A stretch of 64,000 bases of DNA from NCBI RefSeq assembly GCF_018977255.1, contig NW_024704743.1:11720001-11784000 (forward strand), read 5' to 3'. The notes under the pieces were generated by a model. That model had not been told where the DNA came from, ran no database searches, and was given only the letters and a program-made list of their open reading frames with translations. This document shows positions 48,269 through 61,590 of the stretch, one piece after another. This DNA is from Callorhinchus milii (taxonomy: Eukaryota). Position numbers and translations under genes: made by a program. Within the stretch, counting starts at the first letter, position 1. Every line of letters begins with the position of its first letter.

Positions 48269-48656
48269 AGCTCAGTCGAGGCTGACACTCCAGCTGGGGA
48301 GAATGCTGCATTGTCAGAGATGCCGTCCTTTGGATGAGACATTAAAGCCTGTTTTGGCGGACATTAACACTACCATGGCGCTATTCAAAAGGAGAAGGAA
48401 ATTTCTCTGGTGTACAGACCAACAATCCCCCAAATAATTTAGTCATTCACTTGATGAATGTTTGTAGGATATTGCAGTGTGCAAATTGCCTGCCACGTTT
48501 GTCTGCAAAAAAAATACATGTCACTACACTTTACAGGAAATCCTGCAAAACGTTTTGAGTCATCCACCCAAGGGTCTATATCAAATGCATGTATAATTTG
48601 AATTATATTTTTGCTTGACTGTTTTACTCTCTCAAATTATTTCCCTTTTCAAGCAG

Positions 48657-48764
48657 GAAAACAGTGTGAGAAAGAAGATACTGTTCTTGCAAGTGCACAT
48701 TCTCTGGGGAGTGCTGTTCTCCTACAGGAGCATGAAGAAGGAAGCTCTTGATAATTTCCATAAG
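48657..48764 (+). CDS. NUB1-like paralog exon, homologous to 19393-19500 (same 108-nt length), phase 0 to 0
   Basis: AAGCAG tandem acceptor; ENSVRKKILFLQVHILWGVLFSYRSMKKEALDNFHK; donor GTACAG identical to the NUB1 counterpart. Confidence 0.9.
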
Positions 48765-50190
48765 GTACAGGGGGTCAACAACAGCAACTTGCATTTGTAT
48801 AGCGCCCTTCACACGGGTAGCATTTCAATGCGCTTATCAATTTAATCAGTCTATCATTTGCGTAGAAAAAAGGCTTCCTACGTTAGGACTGAATTTAGGA
48901 ATTTTACAAAATTCTGCACGTTCTTGAATTTTAAGATCAAACAGTTAAAACAACAACAAATTGCATTTGTATGGAACTTTCCAAAGCTCCAGACAATCAA
49001 GAATGTGCACACAAGCTGGGGGTTGGGATCAAGGGGAAGGAGGGCAGGGAGGATGCGAGTTGGAGGGTGACCTAAGATGCAATCGAAGAGGAAGGTCTTG
49101 ATACAGGCCTTCAAGGAGGCAAGGGAAGGACGAGGCAAAGGAACTGTGGGATGGAGTTCGAAAGGGTGGGGGCAGAGAGGCTGAAGGCCCTACTGCTTAT
49201 GGTGGGGCCAGGTGGGAGACATGGAGCAGGCTGGAGCCCCCTGACTGGAGGGATGGACAGGTCACATAGGAGGAGCAAGGCTGTGGATGGCTTTGAAAGC
49301 GATATAGCGCCTTTCACGTGGATAGCGTCTCAATGTACTTATCAATTCAGTCAGTCAACCAATTGTGTGTAAAAAAGTTTCCTAAATTAGGACTGTATTT
49401 AAGAATTTTACAAAATTCTGCACGTTCTTCAATTTTAAGATTAAATACTTACATAGGGTAATGTGGCACGGAAAACAGGCCATTCAGTCCACTTAGGTGT
49501 TCATACTCCACACTAGGCCCTCATCACTCCTATTCCTCTCTGCAGTATTACAGAACAATTTACAATACAATTTATACTTGCATAAACACCTTTCAGGTCG
49601 GGAGGACATCCCAGGGCACTTAGTAGGGGCTAGGTCCCAGAGCTGATGTTTTCTCTTAAATAGTCTTACAGGCTAAGACCATGTGGAATTTCAGGCTTGT
49701 AAGGGCCTCTAAATCTATGATAAGGCCACAAACCAAACATTACTTTAAAACTATCTCTACCGAATTCATATATCTGTCCACTTCATGGTGAATCAGGATT
49801 TTTTTTTGTTTCTCTTTTGCATGGAATATCCACAAGATACCACTATGGTCAACATTCATTGTATTAGCTTCAGATCATTATTTCAATGAGCCTTCAGCCT
49901 ATCTGTCCTCACTCTCTGTCACCCCATTCCAGAGTCCCTCCAACTCGCTCCTTCCCCTTGTTCAAGATCCATTGCAAGACTTGCCTCTCTGACCGCCTTT
50001 TGATCATTTTGCCTCTCACCACCCCCTTGGCTTTGACCCCAGCTTGCGTGCCAAGCCAGTATTGTTAAGCGTCTTGGGACACCCTCCCAAAGTGAAAGGC
50101 ACTGTATAAATGGAAATGGTATTGCATTGTATCATCCTCTGCTATCACAACAATAAACAACAAGTTGCCTTTATAAAGCGCCCTTTGCAT

Positions 50191-50732
50191 GTGTTAGCCT
50201 GGCTCAGTTGGTAGCACTCTTGCCTCTGAGTCAGAAGTTTGTGGGTTCAAGTCCTAAATCGGGATTTGGAAGCACATAGAATCATAGAATTATACAGCAC
50301 AGAAGGAGGCCATTCGGCCATCATGTCTGTGCCGCCTTTTTGAAAAGAGCTACCAAATCAATCCCACTCCCTCACTCTCTCCCCATAGCCCTAGATGACA
50401 CTCCAATGCAATGCTGGGGGCGCATTGCATTGTCATCCTTTAGATGAGATGTTAAACCAAGGTCCCTGTCTGCCTGTTCAGCTGAATGTTAAAGATCCCA
50501 TGGCACTATTCGAAAAGAGAAGGGAGTTTCTCCCAGTGTCCTGGCCAACAATCCCCCAAATAAAATTATCATTTGTTTTACGGCTGTTTGTGGGACATTG
50601 CTGTGTGCAATCGGCTGCTGCATTCGCCTAGAAATAAACAGTCACTCCACTTTACAGTAATTCCTGTGAAAACACTTTGGAAAATCCTCACGACACAAAA
50701 GGTGGTATACTAATTGCAAGGATTATTATTAT
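50191..50732 (+). mobile_element. Near full-length Deu-domain SINE with a CR1 tail fragment inserted at about 50275-50392
   Basis: Head gttagcctggctcagttggtagcactcttgcctctgagtcagaag...ggttcaagtcc, Deu-like core, tail gcaaggattattatt. Confidence 0.85.
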
Positions 50733-51140
50733 TTATTAATATTGTCTTTAGGACTTTCAGCTTACAGTCCAGACTGCCATTCAAACACAATACTTTCTTT
50801 CCCTCTAACACTCTGTCTCATCCTCTTTGTGTCTTTAACTCGTACCTCTTGAACTGTGCCTATGGCCACCTCCCTCCCCCATTTCCCTTGCTCAGGATAA
50901 AACCCCATCCCTGTGAAGTGCTCCAAGACATGAAGGACCCTGTATACATGCAAGTTGTTGTTGGTGTTGCATTGTTTGGATCAGACATTAAACCAATCTG
51001 CCTGTTCAGCTGGATGTTAAAGATCCTGTGGCATTGTTCGAAAGGGATTTCTCCCAAGATCCTGGCCAACAATCCACCAGATAAAATGCATCACTCAGTC
51101 CATGCCTATTTATGGGACAGTGCTGTGAACTTGGGACATT

Positions 51141-51463
51141 TGGAGTCCTGTAGCTCAGTGGTTAGAGCACCGCTTTGCAAGTGAGAGACCTGAGTTCAAT
51201 TCCAGGCAGAGGGTGAAACCTTGGCCAAGTTTCCTTACTCCACACAGAGCCTAATAATAATCCCTCCAAAACAAAAACAATAATAAATTGGTCATTTTCA
51301 ATCAACGACTGTTTGTGGGACATTGCTGTGCGCAATTGGCTGCCGCGTTCGTCCACAAATATACAGTCAATTCACTTTACAGTGTGTTCTGTGAAGCGCT
51401 TTGGGACGTCCTCCCGACGTGAAAAGCGCTATATCATATGCAAGGATTATTATTATTATTATT
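51141..51463 (+). mobile_element. Young full-length tRNA(Ala)-like SINE
   Basis: A-box TAGCTCAGTGG, ttTGCaa loop, B-box GAGTTCAATTCC, L2-like 3' end, (TTA)n tail. Confidence 0.93.
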
Positions 51464-51568
51464 TGCCTACAAAGTGCCCAGTCGCAGTAAAAATCCTGTG
51501 AAATGATTTGAGGCGTCCTACCTCCTGCCCAATGTGAAAAGCACCGTATCAAACGTAAGGATTATTGT

Positions 51569-51677
51569 TCATAAAGAAAAATACTGCAGATGCTGGAAAT
51601 CTGAAAAACAAAGTAGAAGTCGCTGAGAACACTCAGCAGGTCAGGCTGCCTGAATATCTCCAGCGACTTCTGCTTTT
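51569..51677. repeat. Short palindromic repeat with 14-bp flanking direct repeats; related copy at 31405-31525
   Basis: aaatactgcagatgctggaaatctgaaa...agaagtcgctg...cagcgacttct; gtaaggattattgt at 51555-51568 and 51678-51691. Confidence 0.8.
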
Positions 51678-51702
51678 GTAAGGATTATTGTCGTTAACAC
51701 AG

Positions 51703-51855
51703 GCAGAGAAGTTGTGTGACGAGCTTCGGTTGGATGACTGCGACTTTGCCCAACTCAGGCATGGAGGGCTGACACGTCAGGAGGCTCGGCTGGGTTTGCG
51801 AGCCTGTGGCGGTGACCTGGGGAAAGCTAGAGAGTTTATTCAGCAAAGGAGACAG
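51703..51855 (+). CDS. NUB1-like paralog exon, UBA1-like, homologous to 20753-20905 (same 153-nt length)
   Basis: AEKLCDELRLDDCDFAQLRHGGLTRQEARLGLRACGGDLGKAREFIQQRRQ; 25/51 identities including QEARLGLRAC; donor GTAACT identical to the NUB1 counterpart. Confidence 0.94.
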
Positions 51856-52927
51856 GTAACTATGTAAATAAGTAAGAGCAAAAATTGGAGCTGAGATCTG
51901 GAGAAAGTGAGACAGAGTCTGACACCAACCGTGGACCCAGCACCAGAAAGGTAAACCATTGCACCAAGCTCAGAATCTGTGGTGGTTCTCGGTAGTCCAG
52001 TTCCTGGGTCAGGCAGGTCTGCAGTAATCCAGGCATTGCTGATGACAGCCATTGAGATGGGATGGGTAGACTGGAAGGATGAGGTAAAATGGGTCGAAGG
52101 CCCTTGTTCATTCGATCCGATCCTATGTTCTTGTGAATTGGCTGTTCCCACTGTTTGTGAAAAGCAAGTCATGCAAGCATGCCAGAAGGGAATGTGAATC
52201 AGTGTTTACACACACACAACTGCCAGCTCCGTGCACCACGACCCGGCTGGGAACACAATGTAATTCTCTTTTGCAGGTGATGCAGGCAAACTGCGGTAGG
52301 TCTTACACCAGCTCTGGACCATCGGTGACCTTTTGTAGCACACTGTGCAGGAACTCAATTTGTTCCCAGTGAGAGGTTGGCCTCTGACCATCCTCCCCTC
52401 CCTCACCCACCCAACTACAATAAAATACAATACAATTTGCATTTAATATTGCACCTTGCACGTCAGGGAGGACATTCACAGTGCTTGGCAATGCTGAGCT
52501 GGGAATGGGGTGCAGTGGCGAGGGGAGTGATTGAAATTTCGGTCAGAGATAGGAACATAGGAATTGCTAGATGAAAAAAGACAGAGGTCCATCTCATTCA
52601 CCTTCTACCTGCTGTTATGCTACAATACCTTTGATGGAGGGGAGAGAGCAAAGAGGAAAGAGGAGACTTGATAAGGAGGCCAACCAGTCTCACTCCCCCG
52701 CTCTTTACCCACAGCCCTGCAATTTTTTTCCTTTTCAAGTATATATCCAGTTCCCTTTTGAAAGTTATTATTGAATCTGCTTCCACCACCGTTTCAGGCA
52801 GTGCATTCCAGATCGTAACAACTCTCCGAGTAAAATAATTTTTCCTCATCTCCCCTGGTTATTTTACTAATCTCTAGAAAGCACATCCCTTTCAATTAGG
52901 TAATGCTGAGTTTCTGGTCTTAAACAG

Positions 52928-53047
52928 CGAATTGAACAGCAAAGACTGGATTCTTACAAAGGCAAAAGAGACCGTACTGAGGTGATGGACGTGGGTGATT
53001 CAGAACATACAGCATCTCAGACCTTGCAACCTAACCAGGCCACACAG
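52928..53047 (+). CDS. NUB1-like paralog exon, degenerate UBA2, phase 0 to 0
   Basis: taaacag acceptor; RIEQQRLDSYKGKRDRTEVMDVGDSEHTASQTLQPNQATQ, where VMDVGDSEHTASQTL aligns with LMARGFSENAATKAF; CAG|GTAAAC donor. Confidence 0.75.
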
Positions 53048-53169
53048 GTAAACAGAGCGCAAATACTTTAACATGATGAGGCTCCCGCTGCACCACTTCT
53101 AGCCCCCACAGCCTCCTGCAGGCTGACAACGCCCCACTAAACCCGCCGCCTGTCATCTCAGTGTGCACA

Positions 53170-56100
53170 TTTTGGCTGCCTCCCCGACCCGAGCTGGCTC
53201 TCCCTCAAAATGCCCCCCTCCCTGCAACTCTCCCGCACTGTCCGGCTCTCTCTCCGCCCTCCCCTCCTCCTATCTCTACTTGACCCCCCCACTGCCTCCC
53301 TCTGCTCCAGCCTGGGAATCCTCCGCTGGGCTCATCATGGCACTCAGCGTTGGCTGTCCAGCAGCAGTCACACCGACTGCCTCATTCCCCACTACCGCCC
53401 CAAGTCACCCCGGGGGCTAACCTCTCCTTCCTCATCCGCATCCCCACCCTCCCTGCCAACCAATCCACTACCCCCTCCCATCCCTGCCAACTGTCCACTG
53501 TGCATTAGCCTTCAAAACATCCGCTCTATCTCTAACAAGACCCTGGCCATCAATGAACTCATCCTCGATGAGAACACTGACATTATGGCCCTCACTGAAA
53601 CCTGGAGCACCCCAGGTGACACCTTCCCCTTCACTGAGGCCACACCACCTGACTACACCTACCACCATGCCCCACGCCCCAACCATCGTGGCGGCAGGGT
53701 GGCCCTCATCTCCAGGGTGTCACTTGCCCTATCCCGCTACTCCACCGGTTCATTACCCCCTTTCAAAACCTTACTCTCTGCCCTCCCTCCCACCTCTCTC
53801 CAAAAATCCTCTTACTTTACCGCTCCCCAAAATCCTCCCCCACCTTCATCTCTGACATCTCCATCCTCCTTGCTTCTGCTCCGACCGCCTCATCATCCTA
53901 GGCAACTTCAACCTCCATTTCACCCCTTCCTGCTCCATCTTCCTCAGACTTCTCCTTTCTCAACCTTTCCCTCCACATCCACTCTGCTACCCACACCCAA
54001 GGTCACCCGCTTGACCTGGTGATCACCCAGGGCCTCAGTGTCTCAGATGTCACGATCACTGACAAGGTCATCTCTGACCACCATTTCATCTCTCTCAACT
54101 CCCATATTCCTCTCCCCACTGCCTCCAAACCTACCACCATCTTCTACCGCCCGTGGAAGAAGATCTCCCTGCAGTTCCTCTCCGCTGCCCTGGAATCCTC
54201 TGAACTCCTCCCCCTCTGGCCCACCTCTCGCACCAACCCACTCACTGTGCTCACTCTTCTCCACAGCACCGTCTCCACCACACTCGATGCCCTTGCCCCC
54301 CTCACCTCCTGAACTGCTTCCTATTCCTGATCCTCACCCTGGTTCACCAGCCGCCTCCGCTCTCTTAAGAGTCAGGTGTGGGCTGCCGAATGCACTTGGC
54401 TCAAATACGGCCTTACGGTCCACCGCCGTATCTGGTTGGACCTCATCAAAACCTACCATTCCACTCTCGCCTCGGCCAAATCATCCTTCTATTCCAGGTT
54501 AATCCTGGAGGCGAAGGGCAACCCCAGGCTCCTGTTCTCCATCATCAACCGGCTCCTCCGCCCACCCCACTACGCCTCGCAGATTCTTTCCTCTGACTCT
54601 CACTGCGAGAAAATGCTGGACTTCCTCAACAACAAAATCAAGGGAATCCGCTCAGCTGCCACTGCCCTCCCTACTTCCACCCCCTCCCTACCCCCACCCC
54701 ACACAATTACCCATCCAACAATTACCCATCCTTCCTTCCACACCTTTGAACCTGTCAACCTCTCCTCTGTCTTCACCACCATAACCTCCATGAAGCCCAC
54801 CACCTGCTCCCTGGACCCCATCCCCACCCTTCTCCTTAAATCTCAGCTCTGCCTCCTTGCCCCACTACCTGCCGATATCATTAACCTCTCCCTGTCATCT
54901 GGCACTGTTCCTTCCCCCCTCAAAACAGCCATTATCACCCCCACAATGAAGAAACCTTCCCTTGACCCATCACAGCTATCTAGCTACCGGCCCATCTCCA
55001 ACCTCCCTTTCCTATCCAAGGTCCTTGAGAGAGCCATTGTCTCCCAGCTTCACTCTTTCCTCTCCTCCCACTCCCTCCATGAATCCCTCCAACTGCTTTG
55101 GTCAAGGTCACAAACGACATCCTGACCATGTGCGACCAGGGCTCCCTCTGCCTCCTCGTCCTCCTCGACTTCTCCGCTGCTTTTGACACCGTGGACCACT
55201 CAATCCTCCTCCACCACCTCTCCTCCCACCTCAAACTTCAAGGCTCTGTCCTTGACTGGTTCAAGTCCTACCTTTCATACTGTCTCCACTTCGTCGCAGC
55301 AAACGGCTTCTCCTCCAGCCCCTGCACCGTCTCGTGTTGTGTCCCTCAGGGCTCTGTCCTCGGTCCCCTCCTCTTCACCCTCTACATGCTCCCCCTTGGT
55401 GACATCATCCACAGACATGGGGTAAATTTCCGCATGTATGCGGATGACACCCAACTCTATCTCTCTGCCTCCACCCTCAACTCCAGGACTACTGGCATCC
55501 TGACAGACTACCTGTCTGACATCAAGTCCTGGACGAGGGACAACTTTCTCCAACTCAACGTCAGCAAGACCGAGGCCCTCCTGATTGGCTCGCGCAAGCA
55601 TCGCCGCACCTTGGGCGCTGGCAGCATCAGCCTCCATGGCTGCACACTCAACCTCACTAAGCCAGTCAGGAACCTGGGTGTCTTGTTTGACCCTGAACTG
55701 TCCTTTCTCTCTCACATCCGTGCCATGACCGGCACTGCCTACCATCACCTCCGCAACATTGCCAGACTCCACCACTGCCTCAACCCTCAGGCTGCCAAAA
55801 TCCTCACCCATGCATTCGTCACACCAAGGCTGAATTACCGGAACTCCTCCTCATTGGCCTTCTCAACTCTTCCCTTCACAAGCTGCAGACCATCCAAAAC
55901 TCTGCAGTTCGTTCTCGTGTTCTCTTGCATACCAGGCTCTGTGACCCCATCACTCCCAACCTCGCCCGACTCCACTGGCTCCCCATCCCGCAGAGGATCG
56001 AGTTCAAGATCCTTGTCCTCACTTTCAAGGCCATCCATGGCCTTGCCCCCTCCTACCTCTCTGACCTGCTGACTCCCTACCAACCTGCCCGATCCCTCCG

Positions 56101-56421
56101 TTCAGCGGACTCCAGCCTGCTCTATGCCTCCTGCCCGATTCGCCCTACCATCGGTGGCCGGGCTTTCAGCCTCGCTGCCCCCACATTCTGGCACTCCATC
56201 CCATGGTTCCTTTGCCTCGCTTCCTCCCTTGCTGCCTTCAAGGCCGGTCTCAGGACCTTCTCTTCGATTGTGCCTTTGGTCCCCCTCACACCTCTCTGTC
56301 TTACCTCACTCCTACACCGCCCTCCCCCATGCTCAGGCCCCAATACCTGACTGTTCAGCGCCTTGGGACGTCCTTCTGATATGAAGGACGCTCTACAAAT
56401 GTAATTTTGTTGTTGTTGTTG
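53170..56421 (+). mobile_element. Near-full-length L2 LINE ORF2 (APE and RT), frameshifted
   Basis: SLQNIRSI...[67 protein letters not shown]; (TTG)n tail. Confidence 0.95.
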
Positions 56422-56699
56422 ATGAGTGTTAGAGAGTTCGCAGTCTAGGCTGCTGATCCATTGCAGCACTGGAGGTGGGGTGGGTCGGAGAGGAGTGCTG
56501 CATTGTCAGAGGTTCCCGTCCTTTGTATGAGATGTCAGCCTGGTGCAGTGGTAGCACTCTCACCTCAGAAGGTTGTGGGTTCAAGTTCCACGTCGGGACT
56601 TGGAATCTTGTAGTCTAAACACTGGGGGAGGGGTTACATTGTCGGAGGTACCGTCCTTTGGATGAGATGTTAAACCGAGGTCTCATCTGCTTGTTCTAT

Positions 56700-59600
56700 C
56701 CCCCTATTCCTCTGACTGTTTCTCCTCCGTTGAGCACCTCACCCTCTAACATCCCTCCTATCTCTCCCTCAAAATACTGCTAGTTTACCGTCCACCCTAA
56801 GCTCCTGGGTCCATCCTCACTGATATCTCCTCACTCCTCTCATCCCTGTCCTTCTGCACTGAACATCTCTTCATAATGGGTGATTTCAACCTCCACCTAA
56901 ACTCCCCTGCACCACATCCTCGGATTTCACTGGCCTGCTCTCCCTAAACATCACCCTCCACATCGACTCGCCGACCCACAACCGTGGCCACCCCCTCGAC
57001 CTCGTCATCACACACGGCCTTGACATTTCCGACCTGTCAATCATGGACAAGCCATCTCAGACCACTTTCTCATCTCCCTCTCCTCCTGCAACCCCCTCTC
57101 CTCTTCCAAACCATCCATCATTTTTTTCTGCCCCTGGAAAAAGCTTCCCCCTGAGTCCCTCACAAATGCCCTCTGTTCCTCGGACCTCCTCTCTCTGGCC
57201 CTCCACCCGCTGCAATCCTGATACAGCCATCAAGCTGCTGAATGACCATCTCTCCATAACCTTCAATTCCCTGAAATTCAGGGTTGTTTCCAAACCCACC
57301 CGCTCCCCCTGGTAAAACAGTCACCTCCGCTCACTCAAAACACAAACCCGGATGTTTGAGCGCAGATGGCAGAAATCTGGCCTCACGATCCACCGCCAGC
57401 TGTGGCTCAAGCACCTCCGCACCCACCGCCTCTCCCTTTCACAGGGCAAATCTGGCTTTTACTCCAACCTTTTACTCTATTCTCAAATCAAACACCAAGT
57501 GCAAAGAGGTCCTAGATTTCTTCACCTCAAACATTGGCTGTATTGTCCTCCCTCCCCAACCACCCCCATGCCCAGACAACAACAAAATTACGTTTGTATA
57601 GCGCCTTTCACGTCAGGAGGCTGTCCCAAAGCGCTGGGCAGTCAGTGTTTCGGATCTGAGCTTGTGATCGGGATTGGGAAGGGTGGAGGGCAACAACAAC
57701 TTGGACTTATATAGTGCCCTCCACGCCGGACAGTGTCTCAGAGCGCTACACAGTAACAGATCCCGGGGCCGAGACGGGAGGGAAAGTGACCAAAGGCGTG
57801 GTTGAAAAGAAAGGTCTTCAGCCAACATCTGAAAATAGGAAGAGAGGGGGCGAGGCGAAGGGAGTGAGGAAGGGAGATCCAGAGCCTTGGGGCGTAATGG
57901 CTGAAGGCACAGCTGCCGATGGTGGAGTGGAGGATTTGGGGGACAAGGAGGAGGCCAGACCTGGTGGAGTGAAGGGAACGGGCACTGTTGTGAGGAAAGA
58001 GGAGGTCAGAGAGATAGGGGGGTGCAGAGGAGTGGAGGAATTTGAAGACAAGGGTAAGGATCTTGAAGTCGATCCTTTCTGGGATAGACAGCCAGTGCAG
58101 TCTGGCAAGAACTGCGGTTATCGGGGAGCGGAGTTTGGTGCGGATAAAAATGCAGGTGGCAAAATGCAACCTCCTTGGCCCCCTTCTCTTTCTGATCTAT
58201 ATGCTCTCTCTTGGGGATGTCATCCGCAGACATGGGGTACACTTCCGCATGTATGCGGACGACACCCAACTCTATTTTTCCACCTCACATTGCGACCCCC
58301 AGTCCCCTGATGTTCTGTCAGCCTGCCTGGCGGTGGGTGACAAGAGGCAGGGCAGGAAGCAGGGAGATCAAAAGCATGGTCGAAGAGGAGGGTCTTGAAA
58401 TGGGTCTTGAAGGAGGCAAGAGAGGGGATGAGGTGAAAGGACTGCAGGTGGAGTTCCATAGGGTGGGGGCAGTATGGCTGAAGGTCCGCCTGCCAATGGT
58501 GGGGCGGGCGAGGTGGGGGACGTGAAGCAGGCTGAAGCCCGCTGAATGGAGGGACCAGGCAAGATGGTAGGGGCTTAGGAGGTTGCACAGGTAGGGAGCA
58601 AGGCCATGGAGAGCTTTGAAGGTGAGGACCAGGATCTTGAACTGTATCCTCTGTGTGATAGGAAGCCAATGAGTCGGTGAGGATGGGGGTGATAAGGTCA
58701 TGAAGCCTGGTGCGAGAGAGGACAAGTGCTGCAGAGTTCTGGATGATCTGCAGCCTATGGAGGGAAGAGTTGGGGGGGCTGACAAGCAAGGAGTTTGCAT
58801 AGTCAAGCCCCAATGTTATGAATGTTTGTATGAGGCTTTGGGCGGCCTGCGATGTGAGACAGTGTCGGAGCCAGGTGATGTTTGGATGTGGGGGGCAGGC
58901 AGAGTACGTCATGACACAGATTTGGGGTAGAAAGGATAATTGAGAGTCAAACAAGATGCTAAAGTTCCAGACTGGCTTAGTAAAGTGGAGTGTGCAACCA
59001 TTGGTGATGCTGTCAGCACCTGAGGTATGGAGGCCCTGACGGGAGCCCATCAGGAGAGCCTCGGTCTTGTTGATGTTCAACTGAAGAAGGTTAGCTCTCA
59101 TTCTGACAGTCATTCTGTCAGAACAGCAGTGGTCCGTCCTGGAGTCAAGAGTGGAGGCAGAGAGATAGAGTTGAGTGTTAGCCCCATACATGTGGAAGTT
59201 GACCCCATGTCTGCATATGATGTCACCAAGAGGGAGCACATAGATATTGAAGATGAGGGCACCAAGGACCGAGCCCTGAGGTATGCCACACGAGACAGTG
59301 GGTGGGGGCTAGAGGAGAAACCGTTTGTGGAGATGGAGGCAGTGTGAGAGGTACGATCTGAACCATTCAAGGACAGAATCATGAAAGTTGAGGCAAGAGG
59401 AGAGGCGGTGGATGAGGATAGGAGGTCAACTGTTGAAGGCAGCAGAGAGGTCAAGGAGGATGAGGAGGCAGAGGGAGCCCTGGTTGCAGATCAACAACAT
59501 GTAATTTGTCACTTTGACCAGGGTTGTTTCTGTGCTGTGGGGGCACGGAAACCCGATTGGAGGGCTTTGTGAAGGGAGAGGAAGGAGCAAAACTGGGAAG

Positions 59601-61590
59601 CAACGACTCATTCCAGGACCTTGGAGAGGAGAGGGATGTTGGAGATGGGGCGGCAGTTTGACCATCCACACCATCTTCTCCCTCCACCACAGCTCCTGTA
59701 ACTCTCCCCTCCTTACACTACTTTGCCCCCAATTTTCCTTCCTTCCTCTCAATCACAATCACCCACATAAAGTTCACCACCTGCTGCCTTGATCCCCTCT
59801 GCACCCAGTTGCTGGTCACTCAACTCCTCTCCCCTCTGTTGGCTGACATAGTCAACCAGTCTCTCTCCTCAGGCTCTGTTCCACTCCCCCTGAAAACCGC
59901 TGTCATCACACCCCTCCTCAAAAAACCCACCCTCGATCCCTCTAATCTCTCACACTATCGTCCCATATCCAACCTGCCCTTCCTTGCTAAAGTCTTGGAA
60001 TGTATTGTTGCAGATCAACTTTGGTCACACCCTCCCTCCACTCTCTCCTCGAGCCCCTGCAGTCTGGTTTTGGCCCTGCCCACAGCACAGAGACAGCGCT
60101 TGTCAAAGTCACAGATTACATTCTCTGTATTTGTGACCAGGGCACCCTCTGCCTCCTCGTCCTCCTGGATCTCTCTGCCGCGTTCGACACAGTCGACCAC
60201 GCCATCCTCCTCCATCGGCTCTCCTCCTTCATCTGCCTTAGCGGGACCAAACTCACATTGTTCGAGTCCTACTTAACCAACCTCCTTCACTTCATCTTGG
60301 CAAATGATTTCTCCTCTCGCCCCCACCCGGTCACCTATGGGGTACCCCAGGGCTCCATCTTTGGCCCTCTTCTTTGCCTTATCTAAATGCTCCCTCTGGG
60401 TGATGTAAACTTCCACATGTTTGGGGATCACACACAAATCTACTTTGCCTCCTCCTGTACCAACTCCAGGTCCGCCGATGTTCTATCAGCTTGTCTGGCA
60501 GACATCAGGGCCTGGATGAGTGTAACCTTCCTGCAGCTGAATGTGGACAAGACGGAATCCTTATTCTTTGGCTTCTGTCAACAACTTCACTCCTGCAGAT
60601 CTAAACTCCTCAACCTCCCTGCGCTCTCCCTCAGAATCACCAAACCAGTGGCAACCTAGGCATCCGGTTCGAGCCCCAGCTGTCCTTCCTCTCTCACATC
60701 TGGCCTCTGATTAGGACCGCCTTCCTCCGCTACATTGTCCGCCTTATGCCAAATGCAGCCGAAATCCCTGTGAATGAGTTTGTCACCTCCCGCCTGGATT
60801 ACTCAAACGCACTCCTCGCCGGTCTCCCCAGCCAAAGGCTCTACTGGCTCCCCATCACCAAACAGATCGACTTCCAGATCCTCATATTCATGTTCAAATC
60901 CGTTCATTCTCTGGCACCTCCCTACCTCTCCGACCTCCTCACTCCCCAATCCACCACCAGGCACCTCCTCTCGACTAGCACCGGCCTCCTGCTCGTCCCT
61001 CGCACCTTCCGCTCCACCATTGGTTTCAGCCACTATGCCCCAAAACTGTGGAACACTCTCCCTCAATCCCTCTGTCTTGACCCCTCTCCCCTTTTTTAAG
61101 TCCCGCCTGAATACTTTGCTTTCCGACTATGGTCATCTCGTGGAGTCCTGTAGCTCAGTGGTTAGAGCACTCACTTTGCAAGCGAGAGACCTGAGTTCAA
61201 TTCCAGGCAGAGGGCGAAACCTTGGGCAAGTTTCCTTACTCCACACGCCTAATAATAATCCCTCCAAAACCAAAACAAACAATAATAAAAAAAATTAGTC
61301 ATTTTCAATCTACGACTGTTTGTGGGACATTGCTGTGCGCAATTGGCTGCCATGTTCGCCCACAAATATACAGTCAATTCACTTTACAGTGTGTTCTGTG
61401 AAGCGCTTTGGGACGTCCTCCCGACGTGAAAAGCGCTATATCATATTCAAGGATTATTATTATTATTATCTCCACCCTTACCCCACCTCCACCAACACCC
61501 CGGCTTGGAGTCAGGCTCCGTCACTGGTTAGTGCTCCGAGACGCTACCCTGCATGGAGGGAGCTATGTAAGTACATTTTGTTGTTGTTGT
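56700..61590. mobile_element. Cluster of L2 fragments in both orientations (about 56700-57580 +, 57580-59660 mostly -, 59660-61590 +)
   Basis: Repeated L2 motifs: [61 protein letters not shown]. Confidence 0.9.
61141..61469 (+). mobile_element. Young full-length tRNA(Ala)-like SINE inserted in an L2 3' UTR
   Basis: tggagtcctgtagctcagtggttagagcactcactttgcaagcgagagacctgagttcaattcc head; (TTA)n tail; atctc on both flanks. Confidence 0.93.

Noticed and set aside
53210..56350. Active L2 element
   Set aside because: ORF2 is split across several frames, with stops and a deletion of the QSGF segment.
61141..61215. tRNA-Ala gene (also 51141 and 44160-44234)
   Set aside because: The tRNA-like head runs into a SINE body and tail, lacks a proper acceptor stem, and occurs in many diverged copies.
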